From an uncultured Verrucomicrobiae bacterium (GTDB lineage: Bacteria; Verrucomicrobiota; Verrucomicrobiia; Chthoniobacterales; JAFAMB01), in contig CAVXLD010000004.1 of NCBI GenBank assembly GCA_963762565.1, positions 96,001-160,000 of the forward strand: a DNA stretch of 64,000 nt, given 5' to 3'. How positions within the stretch are numbered: position 1 is the first letter of the stretch; each line of letters starts with the position of its first letter. Below, in pieces: positions 40,939-50,614 of this stretch. The notes below the pieces were generated by a model. The model was not told the DNA's origin. It worked only from the letters and a program-made list of their open reading frames with translations, and searched no databases. Made by a program: the position numbers and the translations under genes.

Positions 40939-41774
40939 TTGCTAATCGTGACCAGTGTTTCCTTCGGCAAGAGAGCAAACAGCTCCTCCATGTCCTCTGG
41001 AGCCAGCTGAATGCCGAATCGTGGTTTCGTGACATTTGGTATGTTGGGCGAGGTTTCAGAATACAAAGTTATCCCGTTTTGGCTAAGTACGACCCAGCGA
41101 CTGCTGCCAATGAATTTCCTCTCGCCGAAAGACACTCGGGCGTTTCCCGACCAGGCTTCTTTACCTATGACCTTTAATTGACCCGGTTTAATATTAGGCG
41201 GCAGATTAAAGTCGAGAGACTTATACCACAGAAAAAACTGGCCATGATTCAGGAGCTCAACCGCCTGAGCTCCCAGGAAAATCTGAAGGGTAAATTGTCC
41301 ACTAGGAATAATAAATTTCTGTCCAGGCTGGATCATTAGCCCCTCGAGACCGTTCGCCTTGAAAATCAACTCGGGCGCAGCCTTTGTCTTGGCGGCTATT
41401 TTGGCGATAGAGTCCCCTCGAGCTACGATATACTCCTTCTTATCCGCCGAGGGTTGAGGGGAAAAAAAGTCCTGAATATTCATATCCCCAATCGTCTTTC
41501 TGGCCTCATCGGCTTTTACCGATTTTGGGAAACTTTGAAAAATCGAAATCAGAAGGCGCTTACCATTTTCGATATCGCCCTTAGCGATCAATTGTTTTCC
41601 TTGTTCCAACAGGGCGATTCCAGGGTCGGGTGTCGGAGTAACGACTGCCTGGTTACCCTTGGCGGGCGTGCGGGTGGCTTTCTTAATAAACAGTTCATAG
41701 GTAGCAAAACCTCCGCCGCCAAAGATCACTAAAACCAAACCGGCAAGGACCCCGAGTTTCCAAAGAAGGCTCAT
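40935..41774 (-). CDS. Membrane-anchored LysM domain protein
   Basis: N-terminal TM helix; YIVARGDSIAKIA...IQPGQKFIIP LysM. Confidence 0.85.
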   Translation of the reverse strand: MSLLWKLGVLAGLVLVIFGGGGFATYELFIKKATRTPAKGNQAVVTPTPDPGIALLEQGKQLIAKGDIENGKRLLISIFQSFPKSVKADEARKTIGDMNIQDFFSPQPSADKKEYIVARGDSIAKIAAKTKAAPELIFKANGLEGLMIQPGQKFIIPSGQFTLQIFLGAQAVELLNHGQFFLWYKSLDFNLPPNIKPGQLKVIGKEAWSGNARVSFGERKFIGSSRWVVLSQNGITLYSETSPNIPNVTKPRFGIQLAPEDMEELFALLPKETLVTISK

Positions 41775-41897
41775 TCAGTTGCTCAGGCTACTCCTCCTTT
41801 GCTCGTGCCCTGTCCGCGAAATAACATGGCTTTTGTCCGGCAGCTGCCGGGCCCATTTTGATCGCAACGAAAGCCATGCTATTTCGCGGACAGGGCA

Positions 41898-42416
41898 CTA
41901 CAGCAAACCGCGTCGCCGTAGATCAAACCAATTAATTCGTGCTGATTGTTCGACCAATTCCAAAGTGAACTTCAACAGGCAGATTTCCCAGCCTTCGTCA
42001 ACCCCTTGGATGATAGCGCTCCCACCTCTTTGACCTTCCGGAACGTCCTGATTTACCCGATCCACCACCGCCGGCAAAGAATCATGAAGGATATGCTCGC
42101 TGACACCGTCCTTACGAATTTGAAAGCCGTACTTCAGGAAGGCTGCGTTCCTTGACTGAAGAAGCTGCGCGAATTGGTTGGCGGCCTCACCAAAGCCTTC
42201 TAGAAGCAATTTGGCCATGTTCTCCGGAGTAACCAATTGCGGTCTGTCCGCCTGGATGCGACCCGAACGAACTCGGATCTCGTTTACACGATCCATGAGC
42301 TCGGATATCAAATAAAAATCGAAACTGGTGACTCCAAAGGTTTCGATCCGCCGGTCGGGCGCATGGATGACTTTAGTGTTCTCTAGCGCGTATTGAAGAT
42401 CGTCCCCATTATACAT
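41898..42416 (-). CDS. Conserved hypothetical protein
   Basis: Clean ORF with protein-like composition, co-oriented with acpP and accA. Confidence 0.75.
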   Translation of the reverse strand: MYNGDDLQYALENTKVIHAPDRRIETFGVTSFDFYLISELMDRVNEIRVRSGRIQADRPQLVTPENMAKLLLEGFGEAANQFAQLLQSRNAAFLKYGFQIRKDGVSEHILHDSLPAVVDRVNQDVPEGQRGGSAIIQGVDEGWEICLLKFTLELVEQSARINWFDLRRRGLL

Positions 42417-42888
42417 AGGCGGCAAAAGACCTGAACAGTAGCCGATTTCTCAGGAGGAACAAATCTCTTCCCTTATCGGCATCCTTACAAGGGTTTTACG
42501 CGAGCGGGGTGTAAGGGGTCTCGTCCTCGAGAGTTTGGGTGGGGGTGGAGTCGATTTTGCGGACAGGTGTCAGGGAGGTTTTTGTCCCGAAGGGACGACA
42601 GGACTCAGCCTGGGGTTTTAACCCCAGGAATACATTCCAAAACGATCCGCCCTGAACGGGCGGCAGATAGTTGGGACCGGCGGCTTGTTTGGCGCCATAT
42701 CACGTTTCGGCGGTGTGTCACCTTTACGATAGATGACCTGGCAAGTCGCGCCTTGGTCGTTGAGAGAGCAAAGGCCAACTTTACGAGGACGCGGACGAAG
42801 AACGAGAACGATTGGTCGCCGCTCGTGCAGATTCTGAATCGAAACTGCGAACTGGCCCCATGAAGAGGCCAGTGATGAGACCAAGGAA

Positions 42889-43131
42889 TTACTTCGCTCG
42901 CTCTTCGATATAGCGGATAACGTCGCCGACGGTTTGGAGCTTCTCGGCATCTTCGTCCGGAACTTCGACGGAGAATTCTTCTTCGAAGGCCATTACGAGT
43001 TCTACCGTATCCAGCGAGTCAGCGCCGAGGTCCTCAATGAAAGAAGCGTTAGGAGTCACCTGTTCAGGATTCACGCCGAGTTGCTCGACGATGATCTCCT
43101 TCACTTTCTCTTCGATGGATTTCTCTGACAT
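42889..43131 (-). CDS. acpP: Acyl carrier protein
   Basis: [20 protein letters not shown]. Confidence 0.98.
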   Translation of the reverse strand: MSEKSIEEKVKEIIVEQLGVNPEQVTPNASFIEDLGADSLDTVELVMAFEEEFSVEVPDEDAEKLQTVGDVIRYIEERAK

Positions 43132-43387
43132 AAGTCGCGGTTTCTTCTCTTTTGGTTAAGACTCGGCTACGCTTAATAACGAAGCCTAAGGTTGGCAACT
43201 AAAATAATTGCACTAAATAGCAACTATTTTCTTGGGGTCAGTCGCCCGAGCGTGTTTCGACCTTCTTTCGACACTTTTTGTGTTGACCTATCTGCCGGAT
43301 TAGCCAACCTAGACCCTCTTTCATCCACTACAATCGGCTCGCGAGTAGTTTACTTTTTACCCTGAACTTGTTACCTGTATCCCGACC

Positions 43388-45406
43388 ATGGCGGATCCCC
43401 TCCCCTCGCTCGATCTTCGTTTAACGCCCGATTGGCTAAAGGAATCGGAATCGGCAAACCGTTACGCGGATTATGCGGACGTAGAACCCGAGGGTCGAGG
43501 CAATCGGGCCCGAAGGGAAAGACGCGACGACCGACCGGGTCGGCCAACTCAGAATCGCCAACGGCGAGATGGAGGTCCCGGAGGTCCCGCTCGGCGGAAC
43601 GCCACCGGTCAAAATCGTCCGGCTTCAGCTTCACAGACGCGGCCGGTGCGGCCACCCGGCCAATCGAACCGAGACGCATCCTCACATCCTGAACGAGTTA
43701 GCGACGGAGCCCGCCGGGGCCGCGACGAACCAGTTCAGGACCAAGTCGAGCCGGCAGCCGTTCAGGTGGACTTTTTGCCAGAGGAACGCGCTTTCTCAAA
43801 AGTGATCCAACAGATCAAGCAGGGGCACGCTGCTTATCCGTTATTTGGTCTGGCAAGGATGTTCCTGGAACGACCGGAGCGGCACCGGGTCCGGATCCGT
43901 TCCCTGAACGATTCGGTAATGATCTATCAGCTCAGTGACGATGGTCCGGTAGCGATGGAGATGTCCGCCCTGGAGCGAATCGCGTTTAGCGAAAAAAAGG
44001 ATGACTTTTATACAAGCGATATCGTTGAAAAGGAGCCAATTAAGGGAAATTTCACTTCCGTAGCCCGGTGTGGCCTTTCCGGACGGCTGCTCGGACCAAC
44101 GAATTATCATACTTTTCAGAAGGTAATCCGTGCTCTGTACGAACAGCGATTTAGCCGGCGGATGAGTTTTGAGGAATACCGCCGCAGTATCGAGATCACG
44201 AGCGACCCGGAATTGGTTAACCAATGGAAAGAAGAAGCTCGTAAGATCGTCACCTACACGACAAAAGATGAGGAGAATCCTGCTGCTTTTGAAAGCGCGG
44301 CAGCGATGGAGCAACATTTCCGGGTCAATCACCTCGAGAAATTGATCAAGCCCTGTTTGGCCGCCGAGGTATCGGGAGACGTCGCCCGCCATCTTCCCGA
44401 CCGCTCAATTATTGCAGCCATTCGCCGGGCCCGCGAACGGGAAAATCGGTTCCCGGCCCAGATGGCAGGAGCGCTTCGACACGGCTTAAATCAGGCCGGT
44501 TTGCATGTGTTCAAACACAAGAAACGCATTCTCTACATCTCAACGATCCGGCCTCAACTCTTTGACCCGAACCAAGCCAAAGTGTCGCCGGGCTTGGAAG
44601 CGATACTCGCGACTCTGCGATCTTACCCCAGAATTACCCGGAAACAGTTGGCGGAGAAGGTCCTGAAACGGCTGCTGGGCGACAAGAGTACCGACGACCA
44701 ATCGCCCGAATACCAACAGGCAAAAAATATTCTGCCGACGGATTTGCTTTGGTTAGCAAAAGCGGGCCATGTGATTGAGTTCGCTGATGGCACCCTAGAC
44801 TTGCCTTTACCGCCAAAAATGGTCGAGAAACCGGGTGCGAGCCAAGAGCCCGACGCTCAAGAAGAGGCCGCCACAGATGAGGCATATGAGGCCGAAGGCG
44901 CAACAGAGGTCGTAACTACCGAAGAACCTGCACGCGACGTCGAGGCGGCAACACAAGCGCCTATCGAGCATGCGCCGGTTGACCAACAAGCGGTTGAGGA
45001 GCATGCGCCGGTTGAACAACTTGAAGAGCACGCGACCATTCAAGAGCACGCTCGGGTTAAGGAACACCCAACTGTCGAAGCGCATGCAACCGTCCAAGAG
45101 CACGCTCCGATTGAGGAACACCCAATTGTCGAAGAACACGGAACCGTTCAAGAGCACGCCCCGGTTAATGAACAGGAGATTCAGGCTACCGAAAGCGTAG
45201 TAACTGAGGCGCCGCTCAATCCGGAACCGGAACCAGCTTCCAAGGAGTCTTCAAACCCCAAGGTAGAATCCGCCGAAGCCGGCCAAACGCTGACTTCCGC
45301 TGGCTCAGAACCTGACGGAAGCACGCCGGTCGAGCCGGCGGCCCTGACCAAAAGTCACGACCAAAGTCCCACCACCAAAGCGGAGTGGGCGACCGCGGAG
45401 TCGTAA
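43388..45406 (+). CDS. Hypothetical protein: Arg-rich N-terminus, globular core, acidic tail with EH(A/P)xV hexapeptide repeats
   Basis: 672 aa ORF with ATG start. Confidence 0.85.
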   Translation: MADPLPSLDLRLTPDWLKESESANRYADYADVEPEGRGNRARRERRDDRPGRPTQNRQRRDGGPGGPARRNATGQNRPASASQTRPVRPPGQSNRDASSHPERVSDGARRGRDEPVQDQVEPAAVQVDFLPEERAFSKVIQQIKQGHAAYPLFGLARMFLERPERHRVRIRSLNDSVMIYQLSDDGPVAMEMSALERIAFSEKKDDFYTSDIVEKEPIKGNFTSVARCGLSGRLLGPTNYHTFQKVIRALYEQRFSRRMSFEEYRRSIEITSDPELVNQWKEEARKIVTYTTKDEENPAAFESAAAMEQHFRVNHLEKLIKPCLAAEVSGDVARHLPDRSIIAAIRRARERENRFPAQMAGALRHGLNQAGLHVFKHKKRILYISTIRPQLFDPNQAKVSPGLEAILATLRSYPRITRKQLAEKVLKRLLGDKSTDDQSPEYQQAKNILPTDLLWLAKAGHVIEFADGTLDLPLPPKMVEKPGASQEPDAQEEAATDEAYEAEGATEVVTTEEPARDVEAATQAPIEHAPVDQQAVEEHAPVEQLEEHATIQEHARVKEHPTVEAHATVQEHAPIEEHPIVEEHGTVQEHAPVNEQEIQATESVVTEAPLNPEPEPASKESSNPKVESAEAGQTLTSAGSEPDGSTPVEPAALTKSHDQSPTTKAEWATAES

Positions 45407-45465
45407 GTGGCGAGGCGTGAGAAGTGATTGGTGATTGGTGAATAGTGATTGGTGGCGGCGATGCC

Positions 45466-45704
45466 TTGGTAGGGCGAGGCTCCCGAAAGACGCAAAGCTA
45501 ATGCCAGCGCTCGACCTGTTTCGACGCTGAAGAATAAGGGTGCGCTGACAATCGTGCCGAGCCGTTTCGCCTGATGTGGCAACTTCCGGGGTGTGCACCT
45601 GCTATAGACCACGGCTCGGCGCATGTATCGGTGCGGCAAAAGATGGATTCGTCAGAACTGCCCTCCTTTGCGAGGCTTTCTAAGTCTTTTGGGAGCCTCG
45701 CCCC
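45466..45704. repeat. REPIN-like element whose right arm is interrupted by the IS
   Basis: ttggtagggcgaggctcccgaaagac at 45466; right arm gtcttttgggagcctcgcccc ends at 45704 and resumes as accaaaa at 47315. Confidence 0.88.
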
Positions 45705-45839
45705 CCTATGGTGTTGTCAAGCTACCCAGCGTGTTTTTAGCGGTTTGTCATCTTTTGTAGAGCAACGTAGTTGCCAAAATTTTTAGTTCAGAGATCGAGC
45801 CGGTTTGCGACGGTTGGTACGTTTCCTCTTGTGGCTCAT

Positions 45840-46150
45840 GTCTCCGAGCTCGATTGGGACAAGGCAGCCTCCTATCCGGCCTGTCAGGGTTTGACAGCGC
45901 AAGATGCTCTATACGCATCGCTCAAGAGGAACGAGCGCGCCCAATCTACCAACGGGCTTTTAAAGCCCAGGGGCGAGCACGAGCGCGCGCCGTTCCAAAG
46001 TCCAGAGTTAAAATGTTTAGTCTAGTGCTGTGTCAGCTTCTCCCTTAACCATGGGGCCTCTTTAGAGGCGCCAGCTTGCTCCTGTTTCCCCCGAACCGGG
46101 GTTTGGGGCAGAGCCCCAAGTTAAAACCCGAGTCTTCGGGTCACTTCTAA
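45840..46150 (-). ncRNA. Predicted bridge/seek RNA of the IS1111 element
   Basis: Target-binding stem-loop at 45928-45996 and donor-binding stem-loop at 45846-45923, with guide segments matching the insertion site and the circle junction. Exact transcript ends are unknown. Confidence 0.8.
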
Positions 46151-46157
46151 AATGGTT

Positions 46158-47264
46158 TTAGCCCTCGATCATGATGAGACCCAATTGCTGGGCAGTAATA
46201 CGACCGGTTTGTAGCCGCCAGATATCGACGATCAGTTGCCGGCCGATGGCCACCACGGCTTTTTTCTTCAGTCCTCGGTTAGAGCCCTCCAGTAGCTCAC
46301 GCCATTTTTGCACCGCTTTATACTCGGGCTGGAAGAGGATCATCCGCCAGACCATCTCGGTGATGATGCGCCGCAGAGCCGGTAGTCCCACTTTGGTGAT
46401 TGCACCCAAGCGTTGGCTCTCTCCGCTGCTCCATTCACTGGGCACCATCCCGGCTAAGCAGCCGATCTTGCGTTCAGTTGAGTAAAGATTCCAATCCAGT
46501 ACTTCAGCATTCAATTGCGCCAAGCTGGGAGCTCCCATCCCCTTTGGCCGTGGGCCTTGGTACTGCTTGGTTAGCTCTGCCTTGGCTTGCTCAATTTGCT
46601 GGTCTAGCTCGCGTAATATCCCAACCCAGCGACCAAGATGTTTTACAATCCAAGGCGCCACCCCCTTGCTTAAGTGCTCAAAAGCTTTGGGCCGCCACCA
46701 ATTGCTCCAGCTCTGGTAGCCCTGGCTCAGCAAAAGGGAGTTGCCCATGACGCCGATGCGCTGGCGTTCTTGCACCAGCGCATCGTGCTGGCGACTTTCC
46801 ACTCGAGCCTGCTCTTGAGCCTCCCTCGGTATTCTGACCAGTTGCAGCGCTTGCTCATTGCCATTGAGATAATTGCTCAGATCACTGGTTAAGGTTCGCG
46901 CATCAATTGAGTTGTTCTTGCCCCGCTTCCTCTTCTGCTCTCCGCTGCGGGGTGCACAGACCAGGCACTCAATCCCGCTTGCCTTTAACTGCCGATACAG
47001 CGAGTACCCCAGCGGCCCGGCTTCGTAGACCACCACCACTTCCTTGGCTTGCTCTCGCTGCTTCTCAACGTAAAGCAACAACGCTTCCTTGCTCCCGAAT
47101 GTCTGGGCTACTCCCACAGCCCCGTTATCGATCTTGCGGGCCGCCTGATAGCTCTTTAGGTGCGCATCGACTCCCAGCACGATCCGGTTTGCCTTCGCTT
47201 CCTTTTGGCTGTTCTTTTCCTGGCTTACGGCGGTCGGTGCCGCCTTGAGTTTGTATTCAATCAT
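46158..47264 (-). CDS. IS110 family recombinase (RuvC-like DEDD domain plus Tnp_20 domain)
   Basis: LGVDAH, YEAGPLG, KNNSIDA, AGMVPSEWSSG, ITKVG and AVVAIGRQL. Confidence 0.95.
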   Translation of the reverse strand: MIEYKLKAAPTAVSQEKNSQKEAKANRIVLGVDAHLKSYQAARKIDNGAVGVAQTFGSKEALLLYVEKQREQAKEVVVVYEAGPLGYSLYRQLKASGIECLVCAPRSGEQKRKRGKNNSIDARTLTSDLSNYLNGNEQALQLVRIPREAQEQARVESRQHDALVQERQRIGVMGNSLLLSQGYQSWSNWWRPKAFEHLSKGVAPWIVKHLGRWVGILRELDQQIEQAKAELTKQYQGPRPKGMGAPSLAQLNAEVLDWNLYSTERKIGCLAGMVPSEWSSGESQRLGAITKVGLPALRRIITEMVWRMILFQPEYKAVQKWRELLEGSNRGLKKKAVVAIGRQLIVDIWRLQTGRITAQQLGLIMIEG

Positions 47265-47427
47265 TGTTTGTCAGGCTGCTGTTGATCCGGCAGCCTGACA
47301 ACACCATGGCATCTACCAAAAGAGGGGCCCCGCCCCAAATCACCAATCACCAATCACCTTTCACCTCTCATCTCTCACCCTCCCCCTCCCCCTTGCCCCC
47401 ACCCCCCTCCTCCCTTATGGGTTAGGG

Positions 47428-48240
47428 ATGCGCATTGTCCGTTACCTGGCACAGGATGGAAACGTTCGCCACGCTGCAGAACAGAAGAACGGCACCTGCC
47501 TCGATATTCTCGGCGACCTGCTTCATAGCTTCGAAGTGACAGACCGGGAAGCCAAGATGGTGAAAATGCTGTCACCGATCGAGCCGCGAGTCATCCTCGG
47601 CATTGGGCTCAACTACCGAGGGCACGCTCAGGAACAAGGGATCCAGCTTCCTCAACGCCCTATGCTTTTCATAAAGGCGCCCAATAGCCTCTCCAATCCC
47701 GGCGATCCGATCGTGATTCCAACCCGTCTCCCCAGCACTGAAGTCGATTATGAAGGCGAGTTAGCGGTGGTGATCGGTCGCGATTGCAAGAACGTGAGTA
47801 AGGCTAACGCCCTCGACTTTGTCCTTGGCTATACTATCGCAAATGACGTCTCGGCCAGAGATTGGCAGAAAAAATTCGGCGGAGGCCAATTTTGCCGGGG
47901 AAAAAGCTTCGATACATTTGCCCCCATGGGGCCGGTCCTGGTCACGAAGGACGAAATTCCGAACCCCGGTGAGCTGCACCTTCAAACTCGAGTTAACGGA
48001 GAAAAACGTCAGGATACTAATACCAGCGATCTGATCTTTGATGTACCTGCTTTGATCGAGTTCTTGAGTGGCTCCACAACGTTGTTGGCCGGATCGGTTA
48101 TTTTGACGGGTACACCCAGTGGGGTCGGAAATTACATGAACCCGCCTCAATACCTGAAGGCGGGTGACGTGGTTGAGATCGAGATCGAAAAGATAGGGGT
48201 TCTAAGTAATCCCGTGACGGTCGAGGACAAGTATGGATGA
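47428..48240 (+). CDS. Fumarylacetoacetate hydrolase family protein
   Basis: GLNYRGH, DYEGEL, NDVSARD, GKSFDTF and TGTPSGVG. Confidence 0.95.
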   Translation: MRIVRYLAQDGNVRHAAEQKNGTCLDILGDLLHSFEVTDREAKMVKMLSPIEPRVILGIGLNYRGHAQEQGIQLPQRPMLFIKAPNSLSNPGDPIVIPTRLPSTEVDYEGELAVVIGRDCKNVSKANALDFVLGYTIANDVSARDWQKKFGGGQFCRGKSFDTFAPMGPVLVTKDEIPNPGELHLQTRVNGEKRQDTNTSDLIFDVPALIEFLSGSTTLLAGSVILTGTPSGVGNYMNPPQYLKAGDVVEIEIEKIGVLSNPVTVEDKYG

Positions 48241-48424
48241 TATCATCCAATCGTAATCGTCCTCGTCGTCGTCCTCGTCCTCGACAACCCAGCGCTCCGC
48301 AGCGATTGTAGGTCAAGCGTCGAATCAGGAGTCGGTTTCGATCACGGGGCTGCATCATCAAAGTTCGAGGACGAGGACGACGACGAGAACGAGAACGAAA
48401 AAGCGCCGTAACCGGCATATTAGA

Positions 48425-50605
48425 ATGTCATTCCAACTTTCTTCTGAATATACCCTTAAAGGTGACCAAGAGTCTGCGGTCGAACAATTGGTGCGCTCGC
48501 TGGAAGCCGGTAACCGTCATCAAACACTTCTAGGGGTTACAGGTTCTGGCAAAACCTTCACTGCCGCGAACGTAGTGGCAACCTTGGATAGGCCGACCCT
48601 GGTAATCTCTCATAACAAGACTTTAGCCGCTCAGCTCTACAGCGAGTTTAAACAGTTTTTCCCTAAGAATGCGGTCGAATATTTCGTCAGTTACTTCGAC
48701 TACTATCAGCCCGAGGCGTACATCCCCAGGACTGACACTTACATTGAAAAAGACTCATCCATCAATGAGGAGATCGAACGGCTGCGGCTTTCTACCACGA
48801 GTTCCCTCCTCTCCCGGCGTGATGTGATCGTGGTTGCCAGTGTCTCCTGCATATACGGATTGGGTTCGCCGGAGGATTACGCCAACATGGTCTGCAACGT
48901 GTTCAAGGGCCAACCGTTATCTCGCGAGCTCTTCCTGGCCAAGCTGGTCGATATGCTTTACGAACGAAACGATGTGGCGCTGACTCGAGGGAAGTTTCGG
49001 GTTCGCGGCGACGTAGTGGAAGTTCATCCGGCCACAGCAGACGAAGAAGCCATTCGGGTCGAATTTTTCGGCGATGAAATCGATCTGATTACCTGCTTCG
49101 ATCCATTGACTGGCTCACCAAATGAGAGTCTCGATCGCTACACATTTTTCCCGGCTAAACAATTCGTCACACCTTACGAAAAGATGCGGCGAGCATTGAC
49201 CGCCATCCGGGGGGAGCTCGACGAGCGCGTGGTTTGGTTTGAGGCTAATCACAAGCTGCTTGAGGCCCAACGGATCAAGATGCGGACCGAGTTTGACCTG
49301 GAGATGCTTTCGGAGATGGGATTTTGCAGCGGCATCGAGAATTATTCACGGCATTTAAGCGGACGCGAGCCGGGCTCACGTCCTTACACGCTGCTCGACT
49401 TCTTCCCCAAAGATTTCTTCCTGATTGTTGACGAATCGCATGCCACGATTCCGCAGATCGGCGGGATGTATGAAGGTGACCGGTCCCGAAAGACCACCCT
49501 GGTCGAATACGGCTTTCGGTTACCGAGCGCGTTGGATAACCGGCCGCTGAATTTTCCCGAATTCATGGAGATGACCAACCAGATTCTCTACATCAGCGCG
49601 ACCCCGGCCGACTTTGAGGTCCAGAACAGCATCGTGGGAAACGCGTCTTATATTCCCCACGCCCGAGACCGGATTGGCCGGGAAGAAACCGAGCCCGTCC
49701 TGTTACCGATGCTAACCGGACGCGCGGCTGGCCAGCTTGCTGTGCATACTCCCGGAACTCGTTTAGTCGTGCAGCAGATTATCCGCCCAACCGGGTTATT
49801 GGATCCCCGCATCACAATCCGCCCTTTGAAAAATCAAATCGATGAAACCATCGAGTTGTGCCGCGGCCGGTCGGAGAAGGGTGAACGAGTGCTGATTACG
49901 ACCCTGACCAAACGGACGGCAGAAGATTTGACGGACTATTTGCGGGATGTCGGCCTCAAGGTTCGCTATCTGCACAGCGAGATCGACGCGATCGAACGCG
50001 TAGAAATTCTTCGATCGTTACGCGCCGGCGATTTCGATATTCTAGTGGGTATCAATCTTTTGCGAGAAGGCCTCGATTTACCGGAGGTTAGCCTGGTTTG
50101 TATCCTTGATGCCGACAAGGAAGGTTTTCTCCGCAGCCAGACTTCCTTGATCCAGACAGCGGGGCGAGCTGCTCGCCATGTTAACGGCGAGGTCGTCCTC
50201 TTCGCCGACATCCTCACCGAGAGTATCCAACGCCTGGTCGCCATCACGGATTTCCGGCGCGCCAAACAGGCCGAGTATAACGAACAACATGGGATCACCC
50301 CTAAGAGCGTTCGTCGCGCCGTCCAGGAAAGCCTTCACACGATGCTCCGAGGTAAACAACTCGAGGAATCTATCGTTCGCGAATCCGGCGCCGATTTTGA
50401 TTTGACCGAGGTTCTTCGCGAGCTGGAAGAAGAAATGCAATTAGCCGCTGCCAATCTGGAGTATGAGCGGGCCGCCCTACTGCGCGATCAAATCCTCGAG
50501 CTCAAGAACGGAACCGGTGTCACGAAGATCGAGCCCAAGAGACGGCCCATCAAATACACCCGTCCCAGCGGGCGAGCGACCGCCAAGTCTAAACGGAACC
50601 GCTGA
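48425..50605 (+). CDS. uvrB: Excinuclease ABC subunit B
   Basis: GVTGSGKT, YYQPEAY, DESH, GINLLREGLD and QTAGRAARH; C-terminal UVR domain. Confidence 0.98.
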   Translation: MSFQLSSEYTLKGDQESAVEQLVRSLEAGNRHQTLLGVTGSGKTFTAANVVATLDRPTLVISHNKTLAAQLYSEFKQFFPKNAVEYFVSYFDYYQPEAYIPRTDTYIEKDSSINEEIERLRLSTTSSLLSRRDVIVVASVSCIYGLGSPEDYANMVCNVFKGQPLSRELFLAKLVDMLYERNDVALTRGKFRVRGDVVEVHPATADEEAIRVEFFGDEIDLITCFDPLTGSPNESLDRYTFFPAKQFVTPYEKMRRALTAIRGELDERVVWFEANHKLLEAQRIKMRTEFDLEMLSEMGFCSGIENYSRHLSGREPGSRPYTLLDFFPKDFFLIVDESHATIPQIGGMYEGDRSRKTTLVEYGFRLPSALDNRPLNFPEFMEMTNQILYISATPADFEVQNSIVGNASYIPHARDRIGREETEPVLLPMLTGRAAGQLAVHTPGTRLVVQQIIRPTGLLDPRITIRPLKNQIDETIELCRGRSEKGERVLITTLTKRTAEDLTDYLRDVGLKVRYLHSEIDAIERVEILRSLRAGDFDILVGINLLREGLDLPEVSLVCILDADKEGFLRSQTSLIQTAGRAARHVNGEVVLFADILTESIQRLVAITDFRRAKQAEYNEQHGITPKSVRRAVQESLHTMLRGKQLEESIVRESGADFDLTEVLRELEEEMQLAAANLEYERAALLRDQILELKNGTGVTKIEPKRRPIKYTRPSGRATAKSKRNR

Positions 50606-50614
50606 TTTAAGTAA

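Larger units (their letters stand above)
45705..47314 (-). mobile_element. IS110-family insertion sequence, IS1111 group (~1.61 kb)
   Basis: Sub-terminal inverted repeats atggtgttgtcaagct (45708-45723) and agcctgacaacaccat (47292-47307), 15/16 match, 3 and 7 nt from the ends; long 3' non-coding end; no target-site duplication. Confidence 0.93.

Noticed and set aside
45697..47321. Target-site duplication around the IS
   Set aside because: None is present; the flanks are the two halves of one REP arm, consistent with IS110-type conservative recombination
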